Shown here piece by piece: positions 16,837-26,980 of a stretch of 64,000 nucleotides of DNA (its first letter is position 1; every line of letters begins with the position of its first letter). The stretch lies in the NCBI GenBank assembly GCA_041736805.1, contig JBGSSW010000016.1, positions 66,526-130,525 on the forward strand, written 5' to 3'. Both the position numbers and the translations under genes were made by a program. Source of the stretch: Minisyncoccia bacterium. Lineage in GTDB: Bacteria > Patescibacteriota > Minisyncoccia > Phycocordibacterales > UBA918. The notes below the pieces were generated by a model. That model searched no databases. It was not told the origin of the DNA and saw nothing but the letters and a program-made list of their open reading frames with translations.

Positions 16837-17454
16837 AAAAATGTGTATTGATTGTGTAATAATCAATATTACTGATCGCAAAGTACAGAAATGACCTGGT
16901 TGTAAAATAACTTAACTACTCACCCAAATTACTATATACTAGTGACCATGACACGAATAATTGCATCAAGCCCAAAAAAGAATACAAAAACACGTCCTTA
17001 TAAATCACCAAAGCGTTTAGCAGCAAAGAAGGAAATGCTTGCAAAAAAGTCGGGCAAAAAAGGAAGATAATAGAATATTTAAACGACTACTTCACAACTC
17101 ACTATTAAACTAAGGGGGTTCGAACGTCCTTCTTCCTACAGAAGCTGTCCACTTTGTCGCTATTTTTTCCTAGCGTCAAAATAGCTGGCAAAGCCTTGCG
17201 AAATGCTCCCAGCATTTCTCACCCAGTGGGGCAGAGAAAAATAACCATGATAAACATGGTTATTTTTTATTCAGAGTTAATACCCCGGGAGGACGCGTTC
17301 GAACTTTTGCTTGACTTTATGATTATTTTAATGTGTAATAAACTACGAAACGGGTTTACGCTTACCCACTCACAATTAAGCGAGTTCCCTCTAAATAGAG
17401 CTGCTGCTTTGAAACCCTATTAACCTGTAATATAATAATCTTAATAACTAAGAT

Positions 17455-18150
17455 ATGAGTGAGTTCTCAGAGCAGCAAAGTAGCGGTTTTCAAGCTGGTT
17501 GGCTTGACGGGAAATTGTATGACTCGATTTTTATTTTTGGTGTCGCTTTAACGGCTTTGGCTTCAGGCGCCATAGTGCTTTATAGACCTGATTTATTTTA
17601 TCCAGTTCTGTTGGCCGATATTTGGTTGCTTGGTTACCATCATGTGATAGCAACTTTTACTAAGTTAGGTGGAACAAAAGAGGACCGTGAAGAAAACGCA
17701 TTTTTAATTTATTACTTACCTATAATTGTCCTAGCGGCCGTTTTTGCCCTTTATTTTAGCTTAGGTATTTGGTCAATTGTGACGGTGTACTTTTTTTGGC
17801 AATGGTTTCATTACACTAGGCAAGCTTACGGGATTAGTGTTTTTTATCGAAGAAAAATTAAAAATGTCTTTACTGAAAATAAATGGTTAACTATACTTTC
17901 AGTTTGGTCCATTCCGGCTTGGGGTTTGCTTCATCGCGGTTCCCAAGGTTGGGATGAATTTCTATCGCTACCGGTTTTTATACCCCTTGTACCTAAATCT
18001 ATCGTTTTACTGGCTGCCGGAGTAGCTATATTCAGTATTGCTTGGTGGCTTTGGAATTGTTTTTTAAATTTTAAAAAAGGCACCTTGTCCCTCGCTTATA
18101 TGTATTTCATGTTTTCGCACATGATTATTTTTTTGTGGGATATGTCCTAA
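17455..18150 (+). CDS. Polytopic membrane protein (231 aa); possibly the N-terminal part of one gene split from 18135-18536 by a frameshift
   Basis: Multiple hydrophobic helices. Its end overlaps the next ORF by 16 nt in a different frame, next to a T7 homopolymer run at 18128-18134. Confidence 0.45.
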   Translation: MSEFSEQQSSGFQAGWLDGKLYDSIFIFGVALTALASGAIVLYRPDLFYPVLLADIWLLGYHHVIATFTKLGGTKEDREENAFLIYYLPIIVLAAVFALYFSLGIWSIVTVYFFWQWFHYTRQAYGISVFYRRKIKNVFTENKWLTILSVWSIPAWGLLHRGSQGWDEFLSLPVFIPLVPKSIVLLAAGVAIFSIAWWLWNCFLNFKKGTLSLAYMYFMFSHMIIFLWDMS

Positions 18151-18536
18151 TTAAAGACATTAACAGCGGTTGGCTGGTGGCCAATGTTTGGCACAATGCC
18201 CAGTACATTTTGTTTGTCTGGCTTTATAACACTAATCGTTTTAAGAACGATGCTGTTGATGGCACAGCAAAGGTTTCAGTTATGAGTTGGTTGTCACAGC
18301 GAAAACCAATTAGGGTTTTGTCATATTTTATCTTTACTCTTATTATGACAACCATCTTTTATCAATCTATAACAGAAGGTTTTAAGCTGATTGCAGGGAC
18401 CAACCTTATCTTACTCTCCTCTCTATATATTGTTGGTTATCAGACGGTCAATTTTCATCACTATATAGTTGATAGTTTGATTTGGAAAGCTAAAAATAAG
18501 AAGAATCAAAAGGCCCTCAATGTAGCGGTTGAATGA
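18135..18536 (+). CDS. Membrane protein (133 aa, GTG start); possible C-terminal continuation of the 17455 gene
   Basis: ORF track. Hydrophobic. The upstream frame stays open back to 18075, overlapping the previous ORF. Confidence 0.4.
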   Translation: MGYVLIKDINSGWLVANVWHNAQYILFVWLYNTNRFKNDAVDGTAKVSVMSWLSQRKPIRVLSYFIFTLIMTTIFYQSITEGFKLIAGTNLILLSSLYIVGYQTVNFHHYIVDSLIWKAKNKKNQKALNVAVE

Positions 18537-20248
18537 AATATATGAGTTTTGTTGCGGAGTCTAAGGAATTTATAAAACTCAATTGGCCTTATATATTTGT
18601 AGGGCTGACTTCGACCATTATGCTGGTAAGCTTTTTTGATGTGTATTTAATGTGGTTTGCTGATGAAGGTGTTTTTGGCCACCTGGCCGAAAGAGTTTTG
18701 CAAGGTGATATATATGGAGTAGACGTTTATGATTTTCATGGCGGATACCAAACTTTCCTCAACGCTTGGTTATTTCAAAATTTTGGTATTGATTTAGTTG
18801 TTCTGAGATATCCGATGGTGATTTTAGGAGTAATTCAAGCACTATTAGTCACTTATTTACTCAGAAATATTTCTCCCGGTATTGCGGCAGCTGGTGGTAT
18901 GTCAAGTGTAGTATTTGGTTTTTTACTATTTCCAAATCCATCGCCAAACTGGTATGCACTTTTTTTTGCCGTCCTAACAATCACAATTCTTAGCACAAAT
19001 AAGATTAACCGTTTACATATATTGACGACCGGTTTCATCATTGGATTATGTTTCATGTTTCGTCACCCCAGTGCTGTTTATTTGACGCTAGGCGTTTTAA
19101 CTTATTTATTATATAGACTTAGAACTAATGAAGTTTCCTTTTGTAATAAATACTTAACTCAAGGTTTTTTACTTATTTTAGGTATAGCGGTCATAACATA
19201 CAGCTATTTAGTTTTTGAACCCTTAGCTTTTGCCCTGTTTGCATTACCACCACTAGTAATTATAGTTCTAATTTTTAGATTACAATTCTTTAATTTTCAA
19301 GCCTGGCTAAAGCAAGTAACGCTGCTCTTTTTGGGATTTTCTACCGCTATTACCCCAATGGTCGTGTACCAAATTTTATATGGCAGTACCTTGTCTTGGT
19401 TTTATACTGCTTTTGTATCCGGTACCCAGATGATAAAAAAAGATTTTTTTAATGACTATACATATATACAACAGATAGTGGCTTATATAAGTTCAGCCTT
19501 AAACAACTACTCAATTAATATCTTTATCCTCGAAACCTTCTTTTGGTTGGTTGTTATGCTGACTCCAATTACAGCTCTGCTTCTAACATTTAAAAATTTT
19601 AATCAAAGTATAGATAAGCCCCTTCATCCGGTTTTGTTCATTGCTCCATTCTTTGGCCTTGTCTCATTTCACTTTCAGATAACTTTTTACTTTTTTATTA
19701 GCTTTATTATATTTTTAATTGCCATTCTGGTTCAGTTACCAAAACAAAGTAACCTGACAAAGATTGCCCTCTACACGCTTATCTTTATAAATATTTGGGG
19801 CTCGATAAGCCCGATGCATGGATTTGTCTTTGCGACTCGCCAGAACGAAAGGCTAATCGAGTCTTCTATCCCTAAAGCAAATTTACTAGTTAAAGAAAAC
19901 ATAGAATACCAGTCTCATAAGCAATTAATTGATTATATTAAAATTAATTCTGACCCTAAAGATAACATATATGTATTACCCATGAATCCTGAAATATATT
20001 TCCTATCATCGAGGAATAACCCCTTCCCTTTTATCATGAGTGGTTTTTCAATATATGACGATAAGACATACGATGGATTCCTAAGTAAAATATTTGAAAT
20101 AAAACCTAAATTTATTATCTTTAATCAAGAAGATAAATACGCCACCGAATATGATTTTAAGTTTTATGCCCTGATAAAGGAAAACCCTAACTATGAGTAC
20201 GTAAATAGTTTTGGTGACTTTCAAATTTTTCTACTGTCACCTGAATAA
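18533..20248 (+). CDS. GT-C fold glycosyltransferase of the PMT/ArnT-like (GT39/GT83) type, polytopic membrane protein
   Basis: Many TM helices and a first-loop acidic motif WFADEGVFGHLAERVLQG, of the DExxxxxxAxxxxxG type typical of ArnT/PMT-family enzymes. Confidence 0.6.
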   Translation: MKYMSFVAESKEFIKLNWPYIFVGLTSTIMLVSFFDVYLMWFADEGVFGHLAERVLQGDIYGVDVYDFHGGYQTFLNAWLFQNFGIDLVVLRYPMVILGVIQALLVTYLLRNISPGIAAAGGMSSVVFGFLLFPNPSPNWYALFFAVLTITILSTNKINRLHILTTGFIIGLCFMFRHPSAVYLTLGVLTYLLYRLRTNEVSFCNKYLTQGFLLILGIAVITYSYLVFEPLAFALFALPPLVIIVLIFRLQFFNFQAWLKQVTLLFLGFSTAITPMVVYQILYGSTLSWFYTAFVSGTQMIKKDFFNDYTYIQQIVAYISSALNNYSINIFILETFFWLVVMLTPITALLLTFKNFNQSIDKPLHPVLFIAPFFGLVSFHFQITFYFFISFIIFLIAILVQLPKQSNLTKIALYTLIFINIWGSISPMHGFVFATRQNERLIESSIPKANLLVKENIEYQSHKQLIDYIKINSDPKDNIYVLPMNPEIYFLSSRNNPFPFIMSGFSIYDDKTYDGFLSKIFEIKPKFIIFNQEDKYATEYDFKFYALIKENPNYEYVNSFGDFQIFLLSPE

Positions 20249-20352
20249 AAAGTAATAGTTAAGTTGTCTCTAATTAAAATAGCTATATTATGTTGCAAGA
20301 GTCAATTCTATAAGTGAACGGGTTAATATTTTAACTCTGCTATAATCAAGTC

Positions 20353-20748
20353 ATGGAAACATACAACTGGTATCAAACCCTGATCAAGCCGGGATGGGCT
20401 CCGCCGTCTTGGTTATTCGGCCCTGTTTGGAGCGTGTTATATCTCATCATCGCTGCCTCGTTTGGCTACGTCATTTATTTGTATTTTAAAGGTTTAATTC
20501 CCTTTCAAGTCTTGTTACCCTTTATTTTAAACCTAGTCTTCAACTTTGCTTTCACGCCATTACAATTTGGCTTGCAAAATAATCTACTAGCGGCTATTGA
20601 TATTATCCTGGTCTTGATTACTTTAATTTGGGCACTATATGCTATTTATAATTATGTTCCTTGGGTGACCTATATCAATATTCCCTACTTGCTCTGGGTT
20701 TCATTTGCAACCGTATTGCAAATAACAATTACTTACTTAAATTTTTAG
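20353..20748 (+). CDS. tspO: TspO/MBR family tryptophan-rich sensory protein
   Basis: YNWYQTLIKPGWAPPSWLFGPVWSVLYLIIAAS matches the TspO signature (kP.w.Pp.w.F.pvW..LY). Confidence 0.8.
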   Translation: METYNWYQTLIKPGWAPPSWLFGPVWSVLYLIIAASFGYVIYLYFKGLIPFQVLLPFILNLVFNFAFTPLQFGLQNNLLAAIDIILVLITLIWALYAIYNYVPWVTYINIPYLLWVSFATVLQITITYLNF

Positions 20749-20749
20749 T

Positions 20750-21157
20750 ATGACAATGATTCAATACATCTACCTATACCTCCTTACCATCCCCGTTTTT
20801 TTTATCATTGATATGACTTGGCTTGGTTTTGTTGCCAAAGATTTTTATCAAGAGAAGTTGGTTGATTTCCTCGGACCGGTCAATTGGCCGGCAGCAATAA
20901 TTTTCTATCTAGTCTTTATTGTCGGAGTTATCATCTTTGCGGTTGTTCCTGCCCTTGAATCACATTCCCTAACTAAAGCCATTGTCCTAGGAGCTCTTTT
21001 TGGTTTTTTTACCTACGCCACCTACGACCTCACCAACCTAGCTACCCTAAAAGACTGGCCGCTGATGGTCGTGTTTGTTGATATTCTCTGGGGAGCCGTC
21101 CTCTCTTGTAGTGTTGCTACTTTAAGCTATTTGATTGGTAAATCTTTGTTTATCTAG
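20750..21157 (+). CDS. Small polytopic membrane protein (DUF2177-like), start 2 nt after the tspO stop
   Basis: 135 aa with 4 predicted helices, tightly coupled to tspO. Confidence 0.5.
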   Translation: MTMIQYIYLYLLTIPVFFIIDMTWLGFVAKDFYQEKLVDFLGPVNWPAAIIFYLVFIVGVIIFAVVPALESHSLTKAIVLGALFGFFTYATYDLTNLATLKDWPLMVVFVDILWGAVLSCSVATLSYLIGKSLFI

Positions 21158-21211
21158 ACGCCTATTTTCAAATAGTACATTTCGTACTATAAACAATAGA
21201 TAACGAAATGT

Positions 21212-21817
21212 ATGGCCACAATAAAAAAGACGAGGGTTATCCCTCTTTCTGCGGTAAACAAACACATAGACGAAATAGTGAAAACTTTCAAACAAGGAGG
21301 GGTGGTTTTGTACCCAACAGATACTCAGTACGGCTTAGGAGTGATAGCCAGAAATAGACAGGCGGTTGAAAAGGTTAATGCTATTAAACACGCGAATGTA
21401 AATAAAGCCGTCTCAATTATAGTGTCAAGTATAAAAGAGGCTGAAAAGTATGTGCACGTAAATGAACGTGCGAAGAAAATAATGGAGAAACATCTACCCG
21501 GAGCACTGACAGTGATTTTGCCAGCCAAAGACATTGAGCTAGCTAAAAGCAGAGGTGATGAAAAAGAAATTGGAGTAAGAATTCCTGCTCAGGATGACGT
21601 ACTAAAAATTGTCCAGACTTTGGGAGAACCAATTACTGCCACCAGTGCCAACCTACACGGACAGATTCCTTACACCAACTGTCAGGATATTTTAGATTCC
21701 TTATCAGGAATTGATTTAGCCATTGACGGAGGAACCCTCGATGGAGAAGCTTCTACTATCATTAGATTTATCAGGGATGATTTTGAAATAATAAGAGTCG
21801 GAAGTATCAAGCCCTAA
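21212..21817 (+). CDS. tsaC: L-threonylcarbamoyladenylate synthase, YrdC/TsaC family (t6A biosynthesis)
   Basis: VVLYPTDTQYGLG (YPTDTVYGLG motif) and TATSANLHGQ (TSANxSG motif). Confidence 0.85.
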   Translation: MATIKKTRVIPLSAVNKHIDEIVKTFKQGGVVLYPTDTQYGLGVIARNRQAVEKVNAIKHANVNKAVSIIVSSIKEAEKYVHVNERAKKIMEKHLPGALTVILPAKDIELAKSRGDEKEIGVRIPAQDDVLKIVQTLGEPITATSANLHGQIPYTNCQDILDSLSGIDLAIDGGTLDGEASTIIRFIRDDFEIIRVGSIKP

Positions 21818-21914
21818 CTTCGATCTTTTAAAATTAGGTTGCTTTAAAAGTAACAAATTGACTTCTCTGTTTTTTAGCTGTTTAATAACTTACAGACTCA
21901 GTTAACCTTATGAC

Positions 21915-22409
21915 TTGAAGGGATTTGTCATGGGCCTTTCGAATTTTTTCGAAATTGACCAAGAGCGTCTTGGTCAAAAAATAAAAGTTGCTCTTATTTG
22001 TACAATTTGCGCATTGCTTCCTTACTATGCAGCAGTGTTCACAATAGATTACCCTCACACGAAGTGGGTACGCAACGATTATTACTATTACGAATGTATG
22101 TTTAGACTAGTATTAGGTGAAGAAGCGCTTTATCGGCTTCTGCCCTTAATGCTGGTTATTGAAATCTTTGGCGTACGATGGTGGGTTATTTTTATTACTA
22201 TCCTATCCACTAGCACATACTTCGCACTCATCCACAACGGGTATAGTAGTCTACTCGCCATTGGACCTGCAGCCGTTCTATTTTCAATCGCATTTCTGAG
22301 CTTCGGAGGGTTGAATAAGAAATATCTCCAAGCCTTCATCTGGTGCAGTCTAATTCACACGGCCATGAATTTAATCGTATTTGTCTTTGTTCCTATTGTG
22401 TTCTACTGA
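21915..22409 (+). CDS. CPBP-family (CAAX protease-like) intramembrane metalloprotease
   Basis: EEALYRLLPL (EExxxR), FALIHNGY (FxxxH) and HTAMNLIVF (HxxxN) on a polytopic scaffold. Confidence 0.6.
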   Translation: MKGFVMGLSNFFEIDQERLGQKIKVALICTICALLPYYAAVFTIDYPHTKWVRNDYYYYECMFRLVLGEEALYRLLPLMLVIEIFGVRWWVIFITILSTSTYFALIHNGYSSLLAIGPAAVLFSIAFLSFGGLNKKYLQAFIWCSLIHTAMNLIVFVFVPIVFY

Positions 22410-22452
22410 TTAAGCGCCTTGCTTATTCCGTGAGCAGAAATAAGTGTGGGCC

Positions 22453-22482
22453 GTAGCAATTGTGATTGCTACGGCCCCTTGT
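22453..22482. terminator. Bidirectional terminator-like perfect 13-bp hairpin between convergent genes
   Basis: gggccgtagcaat-tgtg-attgctacggccc. Confidence 0.45.
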
Positions 22483-22732
22483 CCCTTTGATGCTCACACC
22501 TTCTCAAACATGCTCGCGTCATAAACGCCTTCCTGCCCAACAAACTTCAATTGCCCTTCATGAGAATGGACAGTGAAAATAGGATTGTTCTGTTTTTTCC
22601 TTATTCCGGCATCTATGTAGCGTAAACGATCACCAGGTTTAAATCTGGTAGGGTGAGTGAAATTGAACCTATCTGAAAAAAGCCGATTGTGGTGCATCTT
22701 ACACCTCCCTTCTTACTCTACCTTAGCAGATT

Positions 22733-23296
22733 TTGCAGAAAAAGATACCCGACATAATTCAGTTTTATTTAAATAGATTGTATACTCATAATATGAAAAA
22801 AGTCGTAGTTAATGACAAAATGCAAAATGAGTATACCTATACCAGAACCGAGCCCATTGGTAAAAATTTTCATTCTGATTTTAAACCACACTTAACCCCT
22901 CCTGCAATGTTAAAATTAGGAATTTTTGGTGGCCTATACTTTGGTGACAAGCCTAAGGAATTTCCCCGAGAATGGTTCACTAAAGCCAAACTTTCACCTG
23001 ACGGAAAAAAGCATAAGGAACTTAACTATTACGAAGTAAATGCCAGTCAGCCATTGTCTATCTGGAAAGCTAAAGGTTGGATACACCAAGACGACCCTCG
23101 TGGTTGGTTTCAGTGGTATTGTCGTTATTACCTTGGTCGACGCCACAATGATGACGAAAGGCAAATCAAGCGCTGGAAAGCGATTGTTAGACACGCTTCA
23201 CAAATTGTCCATAATTGCCGTAGTGGAGACCAGAATTGTAGACGCCGCCAACGCCAAGCCATTTTGCATTGGGCCTACGACCCGAGGAAACTTTAG
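22733..23296 (+). CDS. Hypothetical protein (187 aa), Trp/Arg-rich C-terminal half
   Basis: ORF track. No confident motif. Confidence 0.4.
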   Translation: MQKKIPDIIQFYLNRLYTHNMKKVVVNDKMQNEYTYTRTEPIGKNFHSDFKPHLTPPAMLKLGIFGGLYFGDKPKEFPREWFTKAKLSPDGKKHKELNYYEVNASQPLSIWKAKGWIHQDDPRGWFQWYCRYYLGRRHNDDERQIKRWKAIVRHASQIVHNCRSGDQNCRRRQRQAILHWAYDPRKL

Positions 23297-23396
23297 TGGA
23301 ATAATCCTTTTAATCAAAAAATCCTAAGGTTATTAATTTGAGACAGATAATAACTGTGTTATAACAAAAAAGGCAAGAAAGAATTTAATTTGGAAA

Positions 23397-24017
23397 TTGT
23401 CTCATCCTATAACCTACCCAAAGGACTTACCGATGAAACTGCTCATTATTTTGATTTTCAATTCTGTTCTTTTCAGTGAGGTCGTTGCAGCTGGAAAACT
23501 TAAGGGTTCCCTAGAAGCTCAAAAACGTCAAAATCTTCAGGCTGATGTGGAAGGTCTAGAGCGTTTGTCAGAAACACAACTTGATGAGTACAAAAGATTA
23601 AAAAAACTTATTCCTCTAAGCGAAATCCCTGACATAGCCATTGACAGCCGTTTACCAGAAAAGTATCGCTGGTGTCTGCCTCAGACAAACATTTTCTTAG
23701 TTAACTTGGTAAGTGACTTTAAGAAAAAGTTTGGCCGGACCATCAAAGTCAATTCAGCTGTCAGGACATTCGAGTTCCAAACCGAGTCAACATCTGTAAA
23801 CAAGAATGCGGCTCCAGCTGAACTTGGCCCCAGGCAATCATCCCACCTAACGGGAGCCACGGTTGATATAGGCAAGTTTGGTCTGAGTGAAGATGAACTA
23901 CGGTGGTTGAGAAAGTACTTTATTGACCTTGAAGAAAAAGGTCTTATTGAAGCAACTGAAGAACATTTTCAGTCCGTCTTTCACATCATGGTCTTCAGAC
24001 AATATGCTGAAAACTAA
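23397..24017 (+). CDS. Secreted LAS/M15-family peptidase-like protein (VanY / D-Ala-D-Ala carboxypeptidase-like)
   Basis: N-terminal signal/TM segment (KLLIILIFNSVLFSEVVAA) and SSHLTGATVDI matching the SxHxxGxAxD zinc-binding motif. Confidence 0.55.
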   Translation: MSHPITYPKDLPMKLLIILIFNSVLFSEVVAAGKLKGSLEAQKRQNLQADVEGLERLSETQLDEYKRLKKLIPLSEIPDIAIDSRLPEKYRWCLPQTNIFLVNLVSDFKKKFGRTIKVNSAVRTFEFQTESTSVNKNAAPAELGPRQSSHLTGATVDIGKFGLSEDELRWLRKYFIDLEEKGLIEATEEHFQSVFHIMVFRQYAEN

Positions 24018-24131
24018 AAACTGCGATTTTCGCAAAACCCCAGCTTTGTGTGCTGGGGTTTTACATACCTTCATAGAGTGTTTTATACCAAGAAATGATT
24101 GCGCTACTGGCAATAGAATAATACACTTTAA

Positions 24132-24638
24132 GTGTACTTTTGTTCTTTGGAGGTTGCTATGCAAACTATTTTTGAAGAAGAGGGTTTTCCCTTAGACTTG
24201 AAAGCTACCTATCTAGCAATGATTCTCGGTAGTGTTGGCTCAAACCAGTATCGTAAACTTTTTGTCCAAACACCTTCGCGTACTTTGGATGTAATAGAGG
24301 ATGGTGATTTGGCTTGCGCCTACTTTGCCTCTTCGGTTTTGACACTGTGTGGAATGACAATCGGTGGAGTACACACCACAGTTAGTGCAACCATAGCTGA
24401 CTTAAAAACCTCAGGCTGGTCAACGGTTCGCCGGTTAAAAATCGGTGCGGTCATAATTTGGCGACCAAAATTATGTACGGATAACCTTTACCATAAACAC
24501 ATAGGTTTTTATATTGGGAAAGGCAAAGCCATAAGTACTAACCCGATTAAGAAAACCCCAGTCCTTCACAGCACCACCTACGATGGTACTCGTGAAATAG
24601 AAAGCGTCTATTTTCATGAAAAGCTCAAGGCCACTTAA
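24132..24638 (+). CDS. Hypothetical protein, possibly a papain-like (NlpC/P60 or CHAP) cell-wall hydrolase
   Basis: The candidate Cys (GDLACAYFASS) and His (KHIGFYIGKG) spacing resembles NlpC/P60. This is a weak call. Confidence 0.3.
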   Translation: MYFCSLEVAMQTIFEEEGFPLDLKATYLAMILGSVGSNQYRKLFVQTPSRTLDVIEDGDLACAYFASSVLTLCGMTIGGVHTTVSATIADLKTSGWSTVRRLKIGAVIIWRPKLCTDNLYHKHIGFYIGKGKAISTNPIKKTPVLHSTTYDGTREIESVYFHEKLKAT

Positions 24639-24766
24639 CCCCGCCACAGAAATTCCGTCTGGGCGGAGTTTCTGTCTAATTTTTATAACTGTTTAATTTT
24701 AGGAAAAATCGTGCTAGCCTAAAATCAGCTCCAAATTTATTTTGGTTTATCTGTTCTCTTAAATAA

Positions 24767-25051
24767 GTGAGGTCAATGATGGTCGCAAAATTCTTACTGG
24801 CTTTGCTGACAGCAATAACACTCGGTTGCGCAACGACAGACAGTACTGATACCAGAATGTTTCAAGCACTCAAGAATGAGTCACGTCTTCTCAGTAAAGG
24901 TACTTGTACGATAAGATATAAAGGGTACTTCTGTGAAAGAATTGCGATGAAGGACCAGCAATACCTCCTCGTTTACAAGGATAAAGAACCCTATCTAATT
25001 ATCCGTCGCGTCGACGGAACAGTGATCTGGGTGGCGGGTAAAAAAACCTGA
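24767..25051 (+). CDS. Small lipoprotein (signal peptide with LGC lipobox)
   Basis: MRSMMVAKFLLALLTAITLGCATTD. Confidence 0.4.
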   Translation: MRSMMVAKFLLALLTAITLGCATTDSTDTRMFQALKNESRLLSKGTCTIRYKGYFCERIAMKDQQYLLVYKDKEPYLIIRRVDGTVIWVAGKKT

Positions 25052-25195
25052 GTACTAGGCCAAACCAATACACAAATGGCTCCCTAAAATTTTTTGGGAG
25101 CCATTTTTCGCAATTTGGGGCATTAAACATAAATCATTTCCTAGTTTATTTATCTATGTTAGGCTAATGACCTTATAGTTCTTTAGGAGAAAATC

Positions 25196-25543
25196 ATGGT
25201 TGTAGAAGTCACCGGCACGAAAGACTATTTTTATGTCGAACCGCTTAGTAGACATACCGACGAACAAATCAGCCATTTTCTAAATGAACTTGGTGATGCT
25301 GCTTTCACAGTGGAGAAGAGGAATATCAAGGTCGGCGACAAGAAAGTTCTCGGCGTCTACGAAGTCCCACACGCTGTGCTGACCAAAATCTCACAGACTG
25401 AACACCGCTACAAAGTACGAATGTACGTTCAGAAAGGGGAAGGTGAAGTTCGTATATACGAACATTTCTCAAAGCGCCTGAGAAGAGTCGCTCGGTCAAA
25501 ATCCGTCAAGACAGCTGCTCGAGTCATCAAAAATATCGAGTGA
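25196..25543 (+). CDS. Hypothetical protein (115 aa)
   Basis: ORF track. It is followed by a hairpin. Confidence 0.4.
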   Translation: MVVEVTGTKDYFYVEPLSRHTDEQISHFLNELGDAAFTVEKRNIKVGDKKVLGVYEVPHAVLTKISQTEHRYKVRMYVQKGEGEVRIYEHFSKRLRRVARSKSVKTAARVIKNIE

Positions 25544-26242
25544 CTCTTTTCGAGCCTATCCTACCCAATTCCGGCCACCTCTCAAGGGTGGCCTTTGCTT
25601 TCTAGATATAAAACTCATTAAATTAAGGTCTTATGATTTCACCAATTTTATCTTCTAGATCATAAAAACCTTTTGCTCTTACCTTTCTTGGTCTGGCCAA
25701 CTTATTGATAATAATTTTTTAATCGTCGCTGGACGTGGTGTAACGATAGCTATTCTATCTGCTAATTCTATGGCTAATAAAATTCTTGGTATTTATTCTA
25801 AAACTAGACTAAGGGCTATACATACTAGAAAAACTACTAATTACCGAAGGAATAATCAGGGCGCCAGCCAAAAGTGGTAAGACAATCATTGCAATTGATG
25901 ACCACATTATTATCAATAAATATTTCCGAGTTTTTTCTACTGAAACGTATATTTCTTCTAACTTTGCTTCTTGAACGTCTAAACGCTCTTTAATTATTTC
26001 ATCCATATTCTTTATATTATACACCCAGAGCGAACTAAAAACCCAACTAAAGAAGGTTTTAGTTTTCTAATTATTTTATCAACCATAAGTCTAAATATTA
26101 TCCTTTAAAGCCCAGTTGCCAACTAATTATAATTTAGACTCAAATTTATTACCTATAATTTTTTTATTGTTGACAATTGTGATTGATGATGATTTCATCA
26201 AAGTAGAAATGGTTCTTAACTCAACCCCCTAAGGAAAGCAAA

Positions 26243-26602
26243 ATGTCCGAAAAAAGCGTTCCTGGTTCTTCAATTGATGAGCAGATGTTAAATCTACAAG
26301 CTGGTGACGTAATCACTAATTTATCTGGCCTATACGGCGCTACTACAGACTGGGTCAATGTCTTGGCGACAATAAACACTTGGCTGATTTTGTCTAAACG
26401 TAGTAAACAAGGTGAACTGAGCTACGACACAGACCTTACAGGCCCTTATCGTTGGGATTCCAAAGCTATGGCTTTAATAGATTGGAAAGGTTTAATTCAA
26501 CATCCACACATCGGACACCTTTCCTTGGTCCTAAAAGGAGTTAGTTTGCAAAACAAAGGAAAAAAACGAGTTGAAAAAATAAAGCTGTGCTGCGTGAAGT
26601 AA
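26243..26602 (+). CDS. Hypothetical protein (119 aa)
   Basis: ORF track. Confidence 0.35.
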   Translation: MSEKSVPGSSIDEQMLNLQAGDVITNLSGLYGATTDWVNVLATINTWLILSKRSKQGELSYDTDLTGPYRWDSKAMALIDWKGLIQHPHIGHLSLVLKGVSLQNKGKKRVEKIKLCCVK

Positions 26603-26685
26603 CAACAACTTTCTTTCCAAGCCACAAAACTCGTTGCCTGCGATGGTGCGAGTTTTCTTTTAGTTAAGCTATTAGGGTAACAGAT

Positions 26686-26973
26686 TTAGTCGTCTTCTAA
26701 ATAGTGAGCGAACTCCTCAAACGCTTCGGTTACTATTTCAGCTTCTTTTTTGTCAATCAAAGACTTTGATAATTTCAATAATACTTGGGCAATCTCTACC
26801 CCACTATAACCTTTTGCTTGTAACTTTTTGGCCACAATAAGAACTTCATTATCAAAATCATTATTGGTTTTGAGTGCTTTATCAAACATTTTTTCAAATG
26901 GGTGAGCCATAATTGTTTGCGAGTATAGCACAAATACCGACACACGAAGTGTGTCGGTATTTGTTCCACACAA
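26686..26973 (-). CDS. Hypothetical small helical protein (95 aa)
   Basis: ORF track. Co-oriented with, and 8 bp downstream of, the glycoside hydrolase gene. Confidence 0.35.
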   Translation of the reverse strand: MCGTNTDTLRVSVFVLYSQTIMAHPFEKMFDKALKTNNDFDNEVLIVAKKLQAKGYSGVEIAQVLLKLSKSLIDKKEAEIVTEAFEEFAHYLEDD

Positions 26974-26980
26974 TTGGTAT

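Noticed and set aside
22494-22697. 67-aa minus-strand ORF downstream of the CPBP protease gene
   Set aside because: It is short, has no motif, and is separated from its neighbours by a bidirectional hairpin. It might be real but is unsupported, so it is not listed as a feature.
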